Assembly (NCBI GenBank): GCA_963667465.2
Contig: CAXXDN010000002.1
Coordinates: 1,536,001 to 1,600,000, forward strand
Source of the DNA: Dehalococcoidia bacterium
Lineage (GTDB): Bacteria; Chloroflexota; Dehalococcoidia; UBA2979
Direction of reading: 5' to 3'
DNA: 64,000 nt
The translations under genes were made by a program, and so were the position numbers. This document shows, piece by piece, positions 48,714-58,170 of this stretch. The number at the start of each line of letters is the position of its first letter. Position 1 is the stretch's first letter. The notes beneath the pieces were generated by a model. That model was not told where the DNA came from and made no database searches. It saw only the letters and a list, made by a program, of their open reading frames with translations.

Positions 48714-49896
48714 GAGACCTTTGCGTAATGCCGCCGCGAGGGGCAAAGTGCGGGGGCGGGGGCGAAGCAGCGTGGGGAGTGGCGCCATGCATCGGCGAAC
48801 CGGTCAGCGGTCGCTCGCGGAGGGGTGGATCCCCGAGGAGCTCGGACGCAACGATACCCTCGAGCGGATCGGCGCCGCGCTGGACTGGGAGCGCATCGGG
48901 GCGGTCGTCGACGGGGTGCATGCCGCGCCCCGGGGCAGGCCCGCGTACCCGCCGCTGACGATGCTCAAGGTAATGCTCCTGCAGCAGTGGTACGCGGCCT
49001 CTGACCCGGCGATCGAGGAGGCGCTGCGCGACCGCATCTCGTTCCGCAGGTTCGCCGGCCTGGGCTGGGACGACGGCACACCCGACCACTCGACGATCAG
49101 CCGCTTCCGCAAGCAACTCAGCAGGCACGGCCTCGCGGAGCGCGTGTTCGCCGAGCTGGGCCGTCAACTGGAAGAGCGGGGGCTGCTGGTCAAGCAGGGG
49201 ACGCTGGTCGACGCCACCATCATCGAGGCACAGGCGCGGCGGCCGCCGCTGGGGCGAGGCCCGGGCGCGAGCAGCGAGACCGACCCCGACGCGGCCTGGA
49301 CGCGCAAGGGCGGCGCGGCGCACTTCGGCTACAAGGCGCACATCGGGATGGACGCCGGCTCCGGGCTGATCCGGCAGGCGCTGCTGACGCCGGCGAACGT
49401 GAACGACACGGAGCCGGCGGACCGTCTGCTGGCCGGCGATGAGGCGGCCGTCTACGCCGACAAGGCGTACGACACGAAGGCGCGGCGCGCGCGGCTGAAG
49501 TCGCGGGGGGTCAAGGACCGGATCATGCACCGCCCGAACAAGCACCACCCGGAGCTGCCGCGCTGGCGGCGGCGGCGCAACGCGCTGATCTCGCGCGTGC
49601 GCGCGCCGGTCGAGCAGGTCTTCGGGACGCTGAAGCGCAGCTACGGCTACCGCCGGGTGCGCTACATGGGGCTGGAACCGAACGCAACCGAGCTATGGCT
49701 GAAGTGCACGGCCTACAACCTGAAACGGGCGGTCCGTCTGCCCCCCGCCTGAGGCCTGTCCCGGGGCGGAGTGCGCCCCGGGCACGGTCTGAGGCCTCCG
49801 CCGCGCCCCGCCCCAGGCCGCCAACGGCCCTCGCAGGGCCGCCCGTCGCCCCGGCTTCCCCGGATCTGCCGATTTCGCCAGTTACGCAAGGGTCCC
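48714..49896 (+). mobile_element. IS5 family insertion sequence
   Basis: IRs GAGACCTTTGCGTAA / TTACGCAAGGGTCCC (13/15); direct repeat GCCGGG at 48708-13 and 49897-902. Confidence 0.9.
48787..49752 (+). CDS. IS5 family transposase
   Basis: GRPAYP, PDHSTISRFR, LVDATI, FGYKAH, YADKAY, RAPVEQVFG. Confidence 0.95.
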   Translation: MHRRTGQRSLAEGWIPEELGRNDTLERIGAALDWERIGAVVDGVHAAPRGRPAYPPLTMLKVMLLQQWYAASDPAIEEALRDRISFRRFAGLGWDDGTPDHSTISRFRKQLSRHGLAERVFAELGRQLEERGLLVKQGTLVDATIIEAQARRPPLGRGPGASSETDPDAAWTRKGGAAHFGYKAHIGMDAGSGLIRQALLTPANVNDTEPADRLLAGDEAAVYADKAYDTKARRARLKSRGVKDRIMHRPNKHHPELPRWRRRRNALISRVRAPVEQVFGTLKRSYGYRRVRYMGLEPNATELWLKCTAYNLKRAVRLPPA

Positions 49897-50036
49897 GCCG
49901 GGGGAGAGGGGGCCGGCCTTCCAACTCGCAAGTCGCGTGCGCCCTCACCCCCCGCCCTCTCCCGCCGGGGGAGAGGGGCCGGATCCGCCCTCGCGCGTCG
50001 CGTGCGCCCTCGATGGTTCCGAGGGGGCGTGGGGGA
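49897..50036 (+). repeat. REP-like tandem array, right part of unit 2 and unit 3
   Basis: Continuation of the interrupted unit, then intact CCCGCCCTCTCCCGCCGGGGGAGAGGGG. Confidence 0.85.
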
Positions 50037-50072
50037 CGAGGGGCGCAGCTCCCGGCAGCAGAGGCGCGCGTA

Positions 50073-50840
50073 CTACGGGAAGAGGTCGTCCTCGACGCCA
50101 CGCACGATCTCGCGGGCCGATCCCTCGCCGCGCTCGTAGGGGTAGCCGCGCACGATGACGACCGGGACGCCCTCGCTCTTCGGCATCGAGAGGCCGGCGG
50201 CTCCGGCGATCTCGTCGGCGGGGCAGGGCGTGCTCACGCGCATGATGCGGCCGTCGAGGTCCGGCAGACCCTCCAGCGGGCGCAGCGGGCGCAGGCCCGC
50301 GAGGCCAATCGCGATGTTCGTCTGGCCCGTCCGCCAAGCCCGCCCGAAGGTGTCGCTCACGATCACCGCCAGTCCGATGCCGAGTCGCTCGCGCACGCTG
50401 TCGCGGAAGGCGCGGGCCGAGGCGTCCGGGTCGACCGGCAGCAGCGAGATCAGGTCCGTGCCGCCGACGTTCGAGGCGTCGACGCCGCTGTTGGCGCAGA
50501 CGAAGCCGTGGCGCGTCTCCGTAATCAGCACGCCCTTCAGCTGCCGCACGACGCGCACGGACTCGCGCAACACCGCCTCTGTCTGGCGCGGGTCCTTGTC
50601 CCACGCCTCGGACCACTCGAGCGCGAAGGGCGAGGGCTCGAACTCGTCGAGCGGCAGCACGCGGCCCTCGGCCTTGGAGACGATGCGCTGCGCGACCACG
50701 ATCGCGTCGCCATCGAGGAACGGCGTGCACTGGGCAGCGGCGGCCTCGATCGCGAGGGCGGCGATGTCGTCGCCTTCCTCGACGAGCGGCATCCCGGCGA
50801 CGCCGATCACGCGTACGTCCGGGTAGGAAGGGGCGCTCAC
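50073..50840 (-). CDS. cofE: Coenzyme F420-0:L-glutamate ligase
   Basis: IVSKAEGR, ETRHGFVCANSGVDASN, SDTFGRAWR. Confidence 0.95.
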   Translation of the reverse strand: MSAPSYPDVRVIGVAGMPLVEEGDDIAALAIEAAAAQCTPFLDGDAIVVAQRIVSKAEGRVLPLDEFEPSPFALEWSEAWDKDPRQTEAVLRESVRVVRQLKGVLITETRHGFVCANSGVDASNVGGTDLISLLPVDPDASARAFRDSVRERLGIGLAVIVSDTFGRAWRTGQTNIAIGLAGLRPLRPLEGLPDLDGRIMRVSTPCPADEIAGAAGLSMPKSEGVPVVIVRGYPYERGEGSAREIVRGVEDDLFP

Positions 50841-51505
50841 TCGGGCAGTCCGGAGATCTCCACGTGGGTCTGGGCGCGGTGACGGATGTTGATGCCGATC
50901 AGCAGGATCGTCAGGCCCTCGACGAAGCGCGAGTAGCGCAGCGGGCCGGCGTCGACGGCGCGCACGCCCTCGATCTCCTCGGCGAGGGCGAACACCGTGC
51001 GCTTCGCCTCCTCGTTACCGCCGGTCACCAGCACGTCGGCGTGCACAGGCTGGTCGGGGTCGAGCAGGATCTCGGCGGAGAGGTTGTGGAACGCGCCGAT
51101 CACGCGCGAGTCCGGCAGCAGTGCGGCCGCCTCCTCGGTGGCGGAGCCGGCCTCGACCTCGACCGGGCGAGGGCCGCGCTCGAAGCGCACCGGCACCACC
51201 GCGTCGACGACGATCTTGCCGGCGAGTGCCCCGGCGAGGTCGGCGAGCGTGGCGGCGTGGCCGTCGTAGGGGACGGTGACGACGACGAGATCCGCCTGCG
51301 CGACAGCGTCCGCGTTCGCCGCGCCGCGTACGTCACCGACGCCCTCGCGGCCCTCGATGCTCGCGCGCAGCTCCGCGGCGATGCTCTCGCCGCGAGCGGC
51401 GTCGCGGCTGCCGATCACAACGTCGCGGCCGGCGAGCGCGAAGCGTACGGCGAGGCCGCGGCCCTCTGGCCCGGTGCCGCCGATCAGGGCGATGGTGCGA
51501 GACAT
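50837..51505 (-). CDS. npdG: NADPH-dependent F420 reductase
   Basis: GGTGPEGRGLA, IGSRD, GAFHNLSA, VDAGPL. Confidence 0.92.
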   Translation of the reverse strand: MSRTIALIGGTGPEGRGLAVRFALAGRDVVIGSRDAARGESIAAELRASIEGREGVGDVRGAANADAVAQADLVVVTVPYDGHAATLADLAGALAGKIVVDAVVPVRFERGPRPVEVEAGSATEEAAALLPDSRVIGAFHNLSAEILLDPDQPVHADVLVTGGNEEAKRTVFALAEEIEGVRAVDAGPLRYSRFVEGLTILLIGINIRHRAQTHVEISGLPE

Positions 51506-51669
51506 CCGCAGTCCTCGATTCCTTGGTGGTCAGCCCGCCGGCGACGCCCGCCGGATCGGCGCGAGCAGCCCGGTGCAACCCGCCGCCTGTCCGTACAATG
51601 AGCCGCGCGAAGCCTACCGGCGGGCGGCGGACAGCAGCAACCGGCCGCCGCAAGACTGGAGCAGCGAAG

Positions 51670-52467
51670 ATGAGCGAGCAGGCTGCGACGGTGGAGGTGG
51701 CTTCGCCCGCCCTCGAGCTGCGCGCGATCGCGCATCGCTACCCCGGGCGGCGCGGCGCCGCGCCGCTGCGCTCGCTGGACAACGTGACGATCGAGGTCGG
51801 CGCCGGCGAATTCGTCTCGCTTGTCGGGCCGAGCGGTTGCGGCAAGACGACGCTGCTGCGCATCGCGGCGGGGCTGCTGACGCCCTCCAGCGGCTCGGTG
51901 CAGGTGCTGGGGGAGGATCCGGGGCGGCGCCGGGGCGCGCCCGCGGTCGGGCTTGTTACGCAGGAGCCCGGCCTGCTGCCGTGGCGCACGGCGGCGGGCA
52001 ACGTCGCGCTGACGCACGAGCTGGCCGGCGGGCGCGCCTCGCGCGCCGACGTGCTCGCGCAGCTCGGGCGGGTCGGCATCCGCGCCTTCGCCGACTTCCA
52101 CCCGCGCGAGCTCTCCGGAGGCATGCGCCAGCGCGTCGCGCTCGCGCGGGCGCTGGCGCACGAGCCGCGGCTCCTGCTGATGGACGAGCCGTTCGGCGCG
52201 CTCGACGAGCTCTCTCGCGAGGAGCTGCGGCGCGAGCTGCTGCGGATCTGGGAGCGCGAGCGCATCTCCGTGCTGTTCGTTACGCACTCGATCCGCGAGG
52301 CGGTGCTGCTCTCCGACCGCGTGGTCGTGATGAGCCCCGGGCCCGGGCGCATCGTCGCCAACCTGTCGGTCGAGCTGCCGCGGCCGCGCGCCGAGGACAT
52401 CGAGGAGACACCGCCGTTCGCGGCGCACGTCGCGCGCATCCGCGCCGCGCTCGAGGGCGACGCCTGA
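51670..52467 (+). CDS. NitT/TauT ABC transporter ATP-binding protein
   Basis: GPSGCGKTT, LSGGMRQR, MDEPFGALD. Confidence 0.93.
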   Translation: MSEQAATVEVASPALELRAIAHRYPGRRGAAPLRSLDNVTIEVGAGEFVSLVGPSGCGKTTLLRIAAGLLTPSSGSVQVLGEDPGRRRGAPAVGLVTQEPGLLPWRTAAGNVALTHELAGGRASRADVLAQLGRVGIRAFADFHPRELSGGMRQRVALARALAHEPRLLLMDEPFGALDELSREELRRELLRIWERERISVLFVTHSIREAVLLSDRVVVMSPGPGRIVANLSVELPRPRAEDIEETPPFAAHVARIRAALEGDA

Positions 52468-53432
52468 TGCGCCCCGCAACCACCTCGGACGTCGCGGACC
52501 TGCTCGACGGCATCCCCGGCGAGGCCGCCGCCGGCGAGGCCGGCACGGGCGTCTCGCTGCGGCGGCTCCCCCCGCCGCGCGAGACCTCGCGCGACGAGGC
52601 GGATCTGCTGGACGCGACGCTCTACGTCGCGCAGCCACCGCCCGCCCGAGGCTGGGCGCTACCCTCGCGCCGCGAGCTGCTCCTGACCGCAGCCCCGCCG
52701 CTGGCTGCCGCGCTGCTGCTGGTGCTGGTCTGGGAGCTCTGGATCCGCGTCCGCGAGGTGCCGATCTACCTCGCGCCCGCACCGTCGCAGGTGATCGAGA
52801 CACTGAGCGAGGACCCCTCGCGCTTCATCGAGGCGGGCAGCGTCTCCGCACAGCACGCGCTCGGCGGGCTGCTGCTGGGCGCTGGCAGCGCCTTCCTGCT
52901 CGGCGTGCTGATGGCGCACTCGCGGGTGATCGAGCGCTCGATCTACCCGTTCGCCATCCTCGTCAAGGTGACCCCGATCGTCGCGGTCGCGCCGCTGATC
53001 GTGATCTGGTTCGGCTTCGGCGTCTGGCCCAAGTTCATCGTCGCCGCGCTGATCACGTTCTTCCCGATGCTCGTGAACACGATCACCGGCCTGCGAACGA
53101 TCGACGCGGCGACGCACGACTTCTTCCTCGCGCTCGGCGCCTCGCGCTGGCAGGTGCTGTGGCGGCTGCGGCTGCCCTCCGCTCTGCCTTACCTCTTCGC
53201 CGGGCTGAGGATCTCGATTCCGCTGGCGCTGATCGGGGCCGTGATCGCCGAGTGGATCCGGGCCGACTCCGGCGTCGGCCAGATGATCGTGATCGCGCAC
53301 GGGGACTTCGACACGCCGACGCTGTTCGGCGCGATCATCGTGCTCGCGGTGATCGGCGTGGCGTTCACCGCCGCGCTCGCCCTGATCGAGCGGCGACTGC
53401 TCTTCTGGCACGACTCCTCGGCGGGACCGTAA
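52467..53432 (+). CDS. NitT/TauT ABC transporter permease
   Basis: PAPSQV, LGASRWQ, LPSALPYLFAGL. Confidence 0.92.
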   Translation: MRPATTSDVADLLDGIPGEAAAGEAGTGVSLRRLPPPRETSRDEADLLDATLYVAQPPPARGWALPSRRELLLTAAPPLAAALLLVLVWELWIRVREVPIYLAPAPSQVIETLSEDPSRFIEAGSVSAQHALGGLLLGAGSAFLLGVLMAHSRVIERSIYPFAILVKVTPIVAVAPLIVIWFGFGVWPKFIVAALITFFPMLVNTITGLRTIDAATHDFFLALGASRWQVLWRLRLPSALPYLFAGLRISIPLALIGAVIAEWIRADSGVGQMIVIAHGDFDTPTLFGAIIVLAVIGVAFTAALALIERRLLFWHDSSAGP

Positions 53433-53491
53433 GGCCGCCAGCGCCGATGCTGGCGAGCGCCGATGCTGGCGAGCGCGAGAGCGGCCGAGGG

Positions 53492-54535
53492 ATGGCGCGA
53501 CGAATGAGCCGAGCGAGACTACGCACGCGCAACGTCACGACGGCGGGACTGCTCGCGCTGCTGCTGCTCGGCGGGCTCCTCGCCGCGGCCTGCGGCGATG
53601 ACGAGGGCGAGGCCGAACTGCGCGAGGTCACGTTCATGGCCGGCTTCCGGCCGCAGGCCACGCTGCCCTTCACCGCCGTCTACGTCGCCGCCGCGCAGGG
53701 CTATTTCGCCGAGGAGGGCCTCGCCGTCGCGATCCAGCACTCCACGCAGGGCGAGCACCTGCAGCTGCTGCTCGCCGGTGACGTCCACTTCACCACGGGC
53801 ACCGCGGCGCAACTCATGCGGCGCCGCGCGGCCGAGACCCCCGTGCGCGCGGTCGCGCTGTTCGGGCAGCGCGGCGACCAGGGCTTCGTCGCGCACGCCA
53901 CCTCCGGCATCGACACCCCTGCCGACTTCGCCGGCCGCAGCGTCGGCTTCAAGGCCGGCGTCGTGCCGGCCGAGCTGCTCGCCCTGCTCGCCACGGCGGG
54001 CCTCGAGGCGGACGACGTCGACCTGATCGGCGTGCCCTTCGATGAGCGCGTCTTCATCGAGGGCGGCGTCGACGTCTTCCCCGTCTTCCTCAGCAACGAG
54101 CCGAACCGGATCCGCAACGCCGGTTTCGAGGTCAACGTCTTCGACCCGGCCGACCACGGCGTCGCCACGCTCGGCCTGACGCTCCTCGCGCACGCGGACA
54201 CGATCGCCGACGACCGCGACCTCGTGCAGGCGTTCGTGCGCGCCGCGATGCGTGGCGCCAACTACGCCGCGGCCAACGTCGAGCGCGCGATCGAGATCGT
54301 GCTGACTCACGCCGAGGGCGCCGACGCGTCGCACCAGCGCTACCTGCTGGAGACCGACCTGCGCAACGCGCAGCGCGCCAACGGCATGGGCCGCGCCACG
54401 CTCGACCAGTGGGAGGCGCTGCAGGCCGTCCTGATCGGGTTCGACCCGGCCTTCGACGGTCCGGTCGATGTCTCGACGGTCTTCGACGGCTCGTTCGTGG
54501 ACGCGATCTACAACGACGACGGCACGCTCAAGTGA
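53492..54535 (+). CDS. NMT1/THI5-like substrate-binding lipoprotein
   Basis: Lipobox LAAAC; YVAAAQGYFAEEGL; SNEP. Confidence 0.88.
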   Translation: MARRMSRARLRTRNVTTAGLLALLLLGGLLAAACGDDEGEAELREVTFMAGFRPQATLPFTAVYVAAAQGYFAEEGLAVAIQHSTQGEHLQLLLAGDVHFTTGTAAQLMRRRAAETPVRAVALFGQRGDQGFVAHATSGIDTPADFAGRSVGFKAGVVPAELLALLATAGLEADDVDLIGVPFDERVFIEGGVDVFPVFLSNEPNRIRNAGFEVNVFDPADHGVATLGLTLLAHADTIADDRDLVQAFVRAAMRGANYAAANVERAIEIVLTHAEGADASHQRYLLETDLRNAQRANGMGRATLDQWEALQAVLIGFDPAFDGPVDVSTVFDGSFVDAIYNDDGTLK

Positions 54536-54675
54536 GCCCGCGCGAGCCCGAGGCGCCGCCGGGCACCGAGGAGATCCGGCAGGCCGCCGAGGCGCTCGCC
54601 GGCCTGCTGCCGCTGCCGACACCGCTGGTCTACTCGCCCGCGCTCTCCGAACGCCTCGAGGCGCACGTTTCGCTG
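54532..54675 (+). pseudogene. 5' remnant of a threonine/serine dehydratase-like PLP enzyme
   Basis: EIRQAAEAL...PTPLVYSPALSERLEAHVSL, then similarity stops before the expected KxE...SFK motif. Confidence 0.6.
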
Positions 54676-54699
54676 GCAAGCCGGGACGCCGCCGGACAG

Positions 54700-56547
54700 C
54701 TAGCGCCAGATCGAGATGCGTCCGCTGGCGCGCTCGACGTCGTCGAACATGATCTCGAACGTCCAGCGCCCTGCCTGGAGGCCGTCCTCGAACGGCAGGC
54801 CGACCCACCAGGTCCCGCTCTCGCCGCCCCGCCAGGGAACCTGCGGCGACTCGTAGGCAAGTTCGCCATCGCGGAAGACGCGCCAGCGCAGGTGCTCCGC
54901 CGTCGAGGCGCCCTGGTACTCGAAGAACGCCAGCAGCTGGGGTGAGCCTACCTCGGGCGGCTCGGCCTTGCCGGGCTCGATCCGGCTCATCGTCGAGCCG
55001 AAGCGCAACTGGCCAACCCACGGCGTGGGCGTCCACACCCCGACGTAAGCGCGGCCCGAGGCGCGCAGCTGGCCGTCGACCCATACCTCGAGCGTCCACC
55101 GGCCGTCGGGAATGCCGGAGCGGTTGGGCGAGGAGAGCCGGTCCGACACCACGGCGAAGGGACCGCTCGTCCAGCGGTAGGTGGAGGAGAGGTGGTCCTG
55201 GAAGGAGTCGTAGTAGTACCAGAACTCCTGCACGATCGCGCCGTTCGGGATGCCCTGCGCGACGAACTCGTACTGCAGCTCCGTCGTCCGCCAGGAGAAA
55301 GCCCGGCCGTAGTCGAAGAGGTTCCGCTCCCCGTCCTCCTCGATCACCTCGGCCGCGAATTGCGGCGCGCCGATCACAATGCCGTCTTCAGGAGCGGCGA
55401 GCGAGGTACCCGGCACGCCGCCGGGGTGCGAGAGCGGCGGCACATAGGGCGCGCCCCTGCTTGACTCGCGCGCCTGATCGAGCACCGCTGCCGCCAGCTC
55501 CAGCGGGCGGACGTGAACGATCGGCACGGTAGCGTTGTAGCTGGATTGCGCGGCGATGCCGATCAGATCGCCGGCGCTGTTGTAGACGGCGGCCCCGCCG
55601 TAGCCGTGCGGCAGCAACGCGTCCGTCTTCAGCCAGGCGCGATCGCCGAGCGCCGAGTCACCGCGACCGCCGGACAGCGTGGCCTCGGTCACCGTGACCG
55701 CCTGCGGCGTCTCGGCGCCCGAGGGATGCAGCCCCGGGTGCCCGAGGATCAGCAGCGAATCACCGTTCGTGAGGGTGCTCGAGTCGCCGATCCCGGCCGC
55801 CGGCAGCACGAGCAGCGCCCCGCCCGTGTCGCCGGAGCCGTCCGCCACGTCCTCGCTCGCGACAACCTCGCTTGCGGCGGCGGCAGGCGCGCCGCCGATC
55901 TCATCAAGCAGCGCCACGACACGCAGCACCGCGAGCTCCGAGACCGGATCGAGCGCCGCGAGAACGGCGCGGTAGGCGACCACCGGCTCCTCGCCGGGAA
56001 TCGGACTGACGGCGATGGCGATCTCCGAGTAGCGCCTCGTACCGTCCGCCTCGAACGGGTCGACGACGTGAGAGCTCGTCAGGATCAGCCCGTGAGCGAC
56101 ATCAATCACGACGCCGCTGCCATCGCGCACGATCGGCGGGCTCCGTTCCGGATCGGTGACCAGCACCTGCACGACGCTGCGCGCGAGCTTCGCGCGGAAC
56201 TCATCCGGATCCGGCTCGGCGTCCTGCACGGCAGTCACCGCGGCCTCGTCGTTCTGGGCGTCGGCGTCGGCCGCGTCTTCCGCAGCGCCGGCGGGCCGCA
56301 AGTCTATCGGGAGCAGCAGGAGCGCCGGCGTCGAGTCGGGAGCCGGAGCGGAGGCGGGCGCCTGCGCGTCGGCGGGAGCGGCGGGAGTGATGGCGGATCC
56401 GGCGGCGGCCGTGGCGGCAGGCGCCGACGGAGCGGGGGTGGGTTCCTCGCCCGGGATCAGATCGGCCGCCTGCTCGCAGCCGACGGCCGCGACGGCCGCG
56501 ACGGCCAGCGCGAACAGGGCGAGCAACAACAGCGTCCGACGACGCAC
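54700..56547 (-). CDS. Lipoprotein with trypsin-like domain lacking the catalytic serine
   Basis: Lipobox VGC; GSGVVI, ILTSSHVV; HGYGGA where GNSGG is expected. Confidence 0.75.
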   Translation of the reverse strand: MRRRTLLLLALFALAVAAVAAVGCEQAADLIPGEEPTPAPSAPAATAAAGSAITPAAPADAQAPASAPAPDSTPALLLLPIDLRPAGAAEDAADADAQNDEAAVTAVQDAEPDPDEFRAKLARSVVQVLVTDPERSPPIVRDGSGVVIDVAHGLILTSSHVVDPFEADGTRRYSEIAIAVSPIPGEEPVVAYRAVLAALDPVSELAVLRVVALLDEIGGAPAAAASEVVASEDVADGSGDTGGALLVLPAAGIGDSSTLTNGDSLLILGHPGLHPSGAETPQAVTVTEATLSGGRGDSALGDRAWLKTDALLPHGYGGAAVYNSAGDLIGIAAQSSYNATVPIVHVRPLELAAAVLDQARESSRGAPYVPPLSHPGGVPGTSLAAPEDGIVIGAPQFAAEVIEEDGERNLFDYGRAFSWRTTELQYEFVAQGIPNGAIVQEFWYYYDSFQDHLSSTYRWTSGPFAVVSDRLSSPNRSGIPDGRWTLEVWVDGQLRASGRAYVGVWTPTPWVGQLRFGSTMSRIEPGKAEPPEVGSPQLLAFFEYQGASTAEHLRWRVFRDGELAYESPQVPWRGGESGTWWVGLPFEDGLQAGRWTFEIMFDDVERASGRISIWR

Positions 56548-56702
56548 AACGCCTCCCTCGGCGATTGTCTCCGTCCCCCGCCCGGCAGCCGGACAACCCC
56601 AACCTAGCGCTCAGGCCGCTCCATGTCATCTGTAAACCGGCCACGGCGCGGTTGAACGAGCCGGTTGTCGTACACTCCCCGGGCAGCGGGGAGGTCCCTT
56701 TC

Positions 56703-57518
56703 GTGCAGTGGCTGGACCGGATGCGGCCCCCGGCGGTGGCCGTCGTAGACCTGCAGGGCATGATCGGACCGGCAGTCCGTCCGATGGACTTCACGCGCTT
56801 GCTCGCGCAGCTGCGCGAGGACCAGTCGGTCCGCGCGGTGGTCCTCAACATCGACTCACCCGGCGGCACGGCGGTTGGCTCGGAGATGATCGCGCGGGCC
56901 GTGCGGCGGCTGCGCGAGGAGAAGCCGACCGCCGCGTTCATCGGCGGGATCGGCGCCTCCGGCGGTTACATGATCGCCGCCTCGTGCGAGCGGATCGTCG
57001 CCCTGCCCTCGGCGATCGTCGGTGCGATCGGCGTCATCTCCTACCGCCCGATCGTGCACGAGGCGCTCGACCGCCTCGGCGTGCAGATGCACGTCGGCAA
57101 ATCCGGCCGCCTCAAGGACATGCTCTCCCCCTTCCGCGAGCCCACCGAGGAGGAACGCGAGAAGGAGCAACGCCTGCTCGACTCGCTCTACGAGCTGTTC
57201 GTCGAAAGCGTCGCCGCCGGGCGTGGCCTCGACAGCGACCACGTCCGCGAGTTCGCCACCGGCGAGGTCTTCGCCGCCGCCGACGCGATCGAGCGCCAAC
57301 TGATCGACGCCACCGGTGACCTCGACGACGTGATCGACTGGGCGGCGGAGCAGGCGCAGACGCCGCGGCGCGTGCGGTTGGTCCGCCCTCGCAAGGGCCT
57401 GCGCGGACTGCTGCTCGGCCGCGCCTCGGCGGCGCTGGTCGCCGGCCTGCTCACGGAGTTGGACGCCTCGGCGCCCACGGGGGGCGGCTACGCGCTCTAC
57501 ACGGGCGGCCGGTCGTGA
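56703..57518 (+). CDS. sppA: Signal peptide peptidase SppA (short S49 form)
   Basis: NIDSPGG, ASGGYMIA, GAIGV, KSGRLKD. Confidence 0.92.
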   Translation: MQWLDRMRPPAVAVVDLQGMIGPAVRPMDFTRLLAQLREDQSVRAVVLNIDSPGGTAVGSEMIARAVRRLREEKPTAAFIGGIGASGGYMIAASCERIVALPSAIVGAIGVISYRPIVHEALDRLGVQMHVGKSGRLKDMLSPFREPTEEEREKEQRLLDSLYELFVESVAAGRGLDSDHVREFATGEVFAAADAIERQLIDATGDLDDVIDWAAEQAQTPRRVRLVRPRKGLRGLLLGRASAALVAGLLTELDASAPTGGGYALYTGGRS

Positions 57519-58081
57519 TCATCCCCTTCGACGGCAAGACGCCGCAGATCGCGGCCAGCGCCTGGATCGCGCCGGGCGCGACAATCATCGGCGACGTGGT
57601 GATCGGCGAGCGCAGCTCCGTCTGGCCGGGCGCGGTGATCCGCGGCGACTACGCGTCGATCCGCATCGGCGCGGACGTGAGCGTGCAAGACAACGTCGTG
57701 ATCCACAACGACGAGCCGCTGACGATTGGCGACGACGTCACGATCGGCCACGCCGTCGTCATCCACTGCAAGGAGATCGGCGACGGCGTGCTGGTCGGCA
57801 ACAACTCCACGGTAATGCCCGGCGCGGTGGTCGGCGCGAACTCGATCGTCGGCGCCGGCGCGCTGGTGCCTCCGAGGATGGAGACGCCGCCCTACTCGCT
57901 CGTGCTCGGCGTGCCGGGCAAGGTGCGGGAGGCCGCGCCGGACCGCATCGAGCGCCTCAAGCGCGAGGCCGAGGGTCCGATGCCCTACTCCGAGAACGCG
58001 GCGCGCTACCGCGCCGAGGGCATCGAGGATCGCACGGTCTGGACCCCTCCCGCGGACGCTCCGGAGCACGAAGCCACTTAA
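57515..58081 (+). CDS. Gamma-carbonic anhydrase family protein
   Basis: IIGDVVIG, IRGD, VQDNVVIH, TIGHAVVIH. Confidence 0.92.
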   Translation: MIIPFDGKTPQIAASAWIAPGATIIGDVVIGERSSVWPGAVIRGDYASIRIGADVSVQDNVVIHNDEPLTIGDDVTIGHAVVIHCKEIGDGVLVGNNSTVMPGAVVGANSIVGAGALVPPRMETPPYSLVLGVPGKVREAAPDRIERLKREAEGPMPYSENAARYRAEGIEDRTVWTPPADAPEHEAT

Positions 58082-58170
58082 CGCTCCGGTTACGGTGCGC
58101 CGCCGTACGGTGGATCTGCGGCGCGCAGGGCTCCAGCCGCTGTCCTCCCGGCACACCACGGAGGTGCACA

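Noticed and set aside
47132-50005. REP-like array as CRISPR
   Set aside because: Inter-hairpin segments are near-identical rather than unique spacers
51670-54535. THI5-like ABC transporter as a benzimidazole importer for cobTSU
   Set aside because: Not adjacent to the cob genes and no regulatory element supports a substrate assignment
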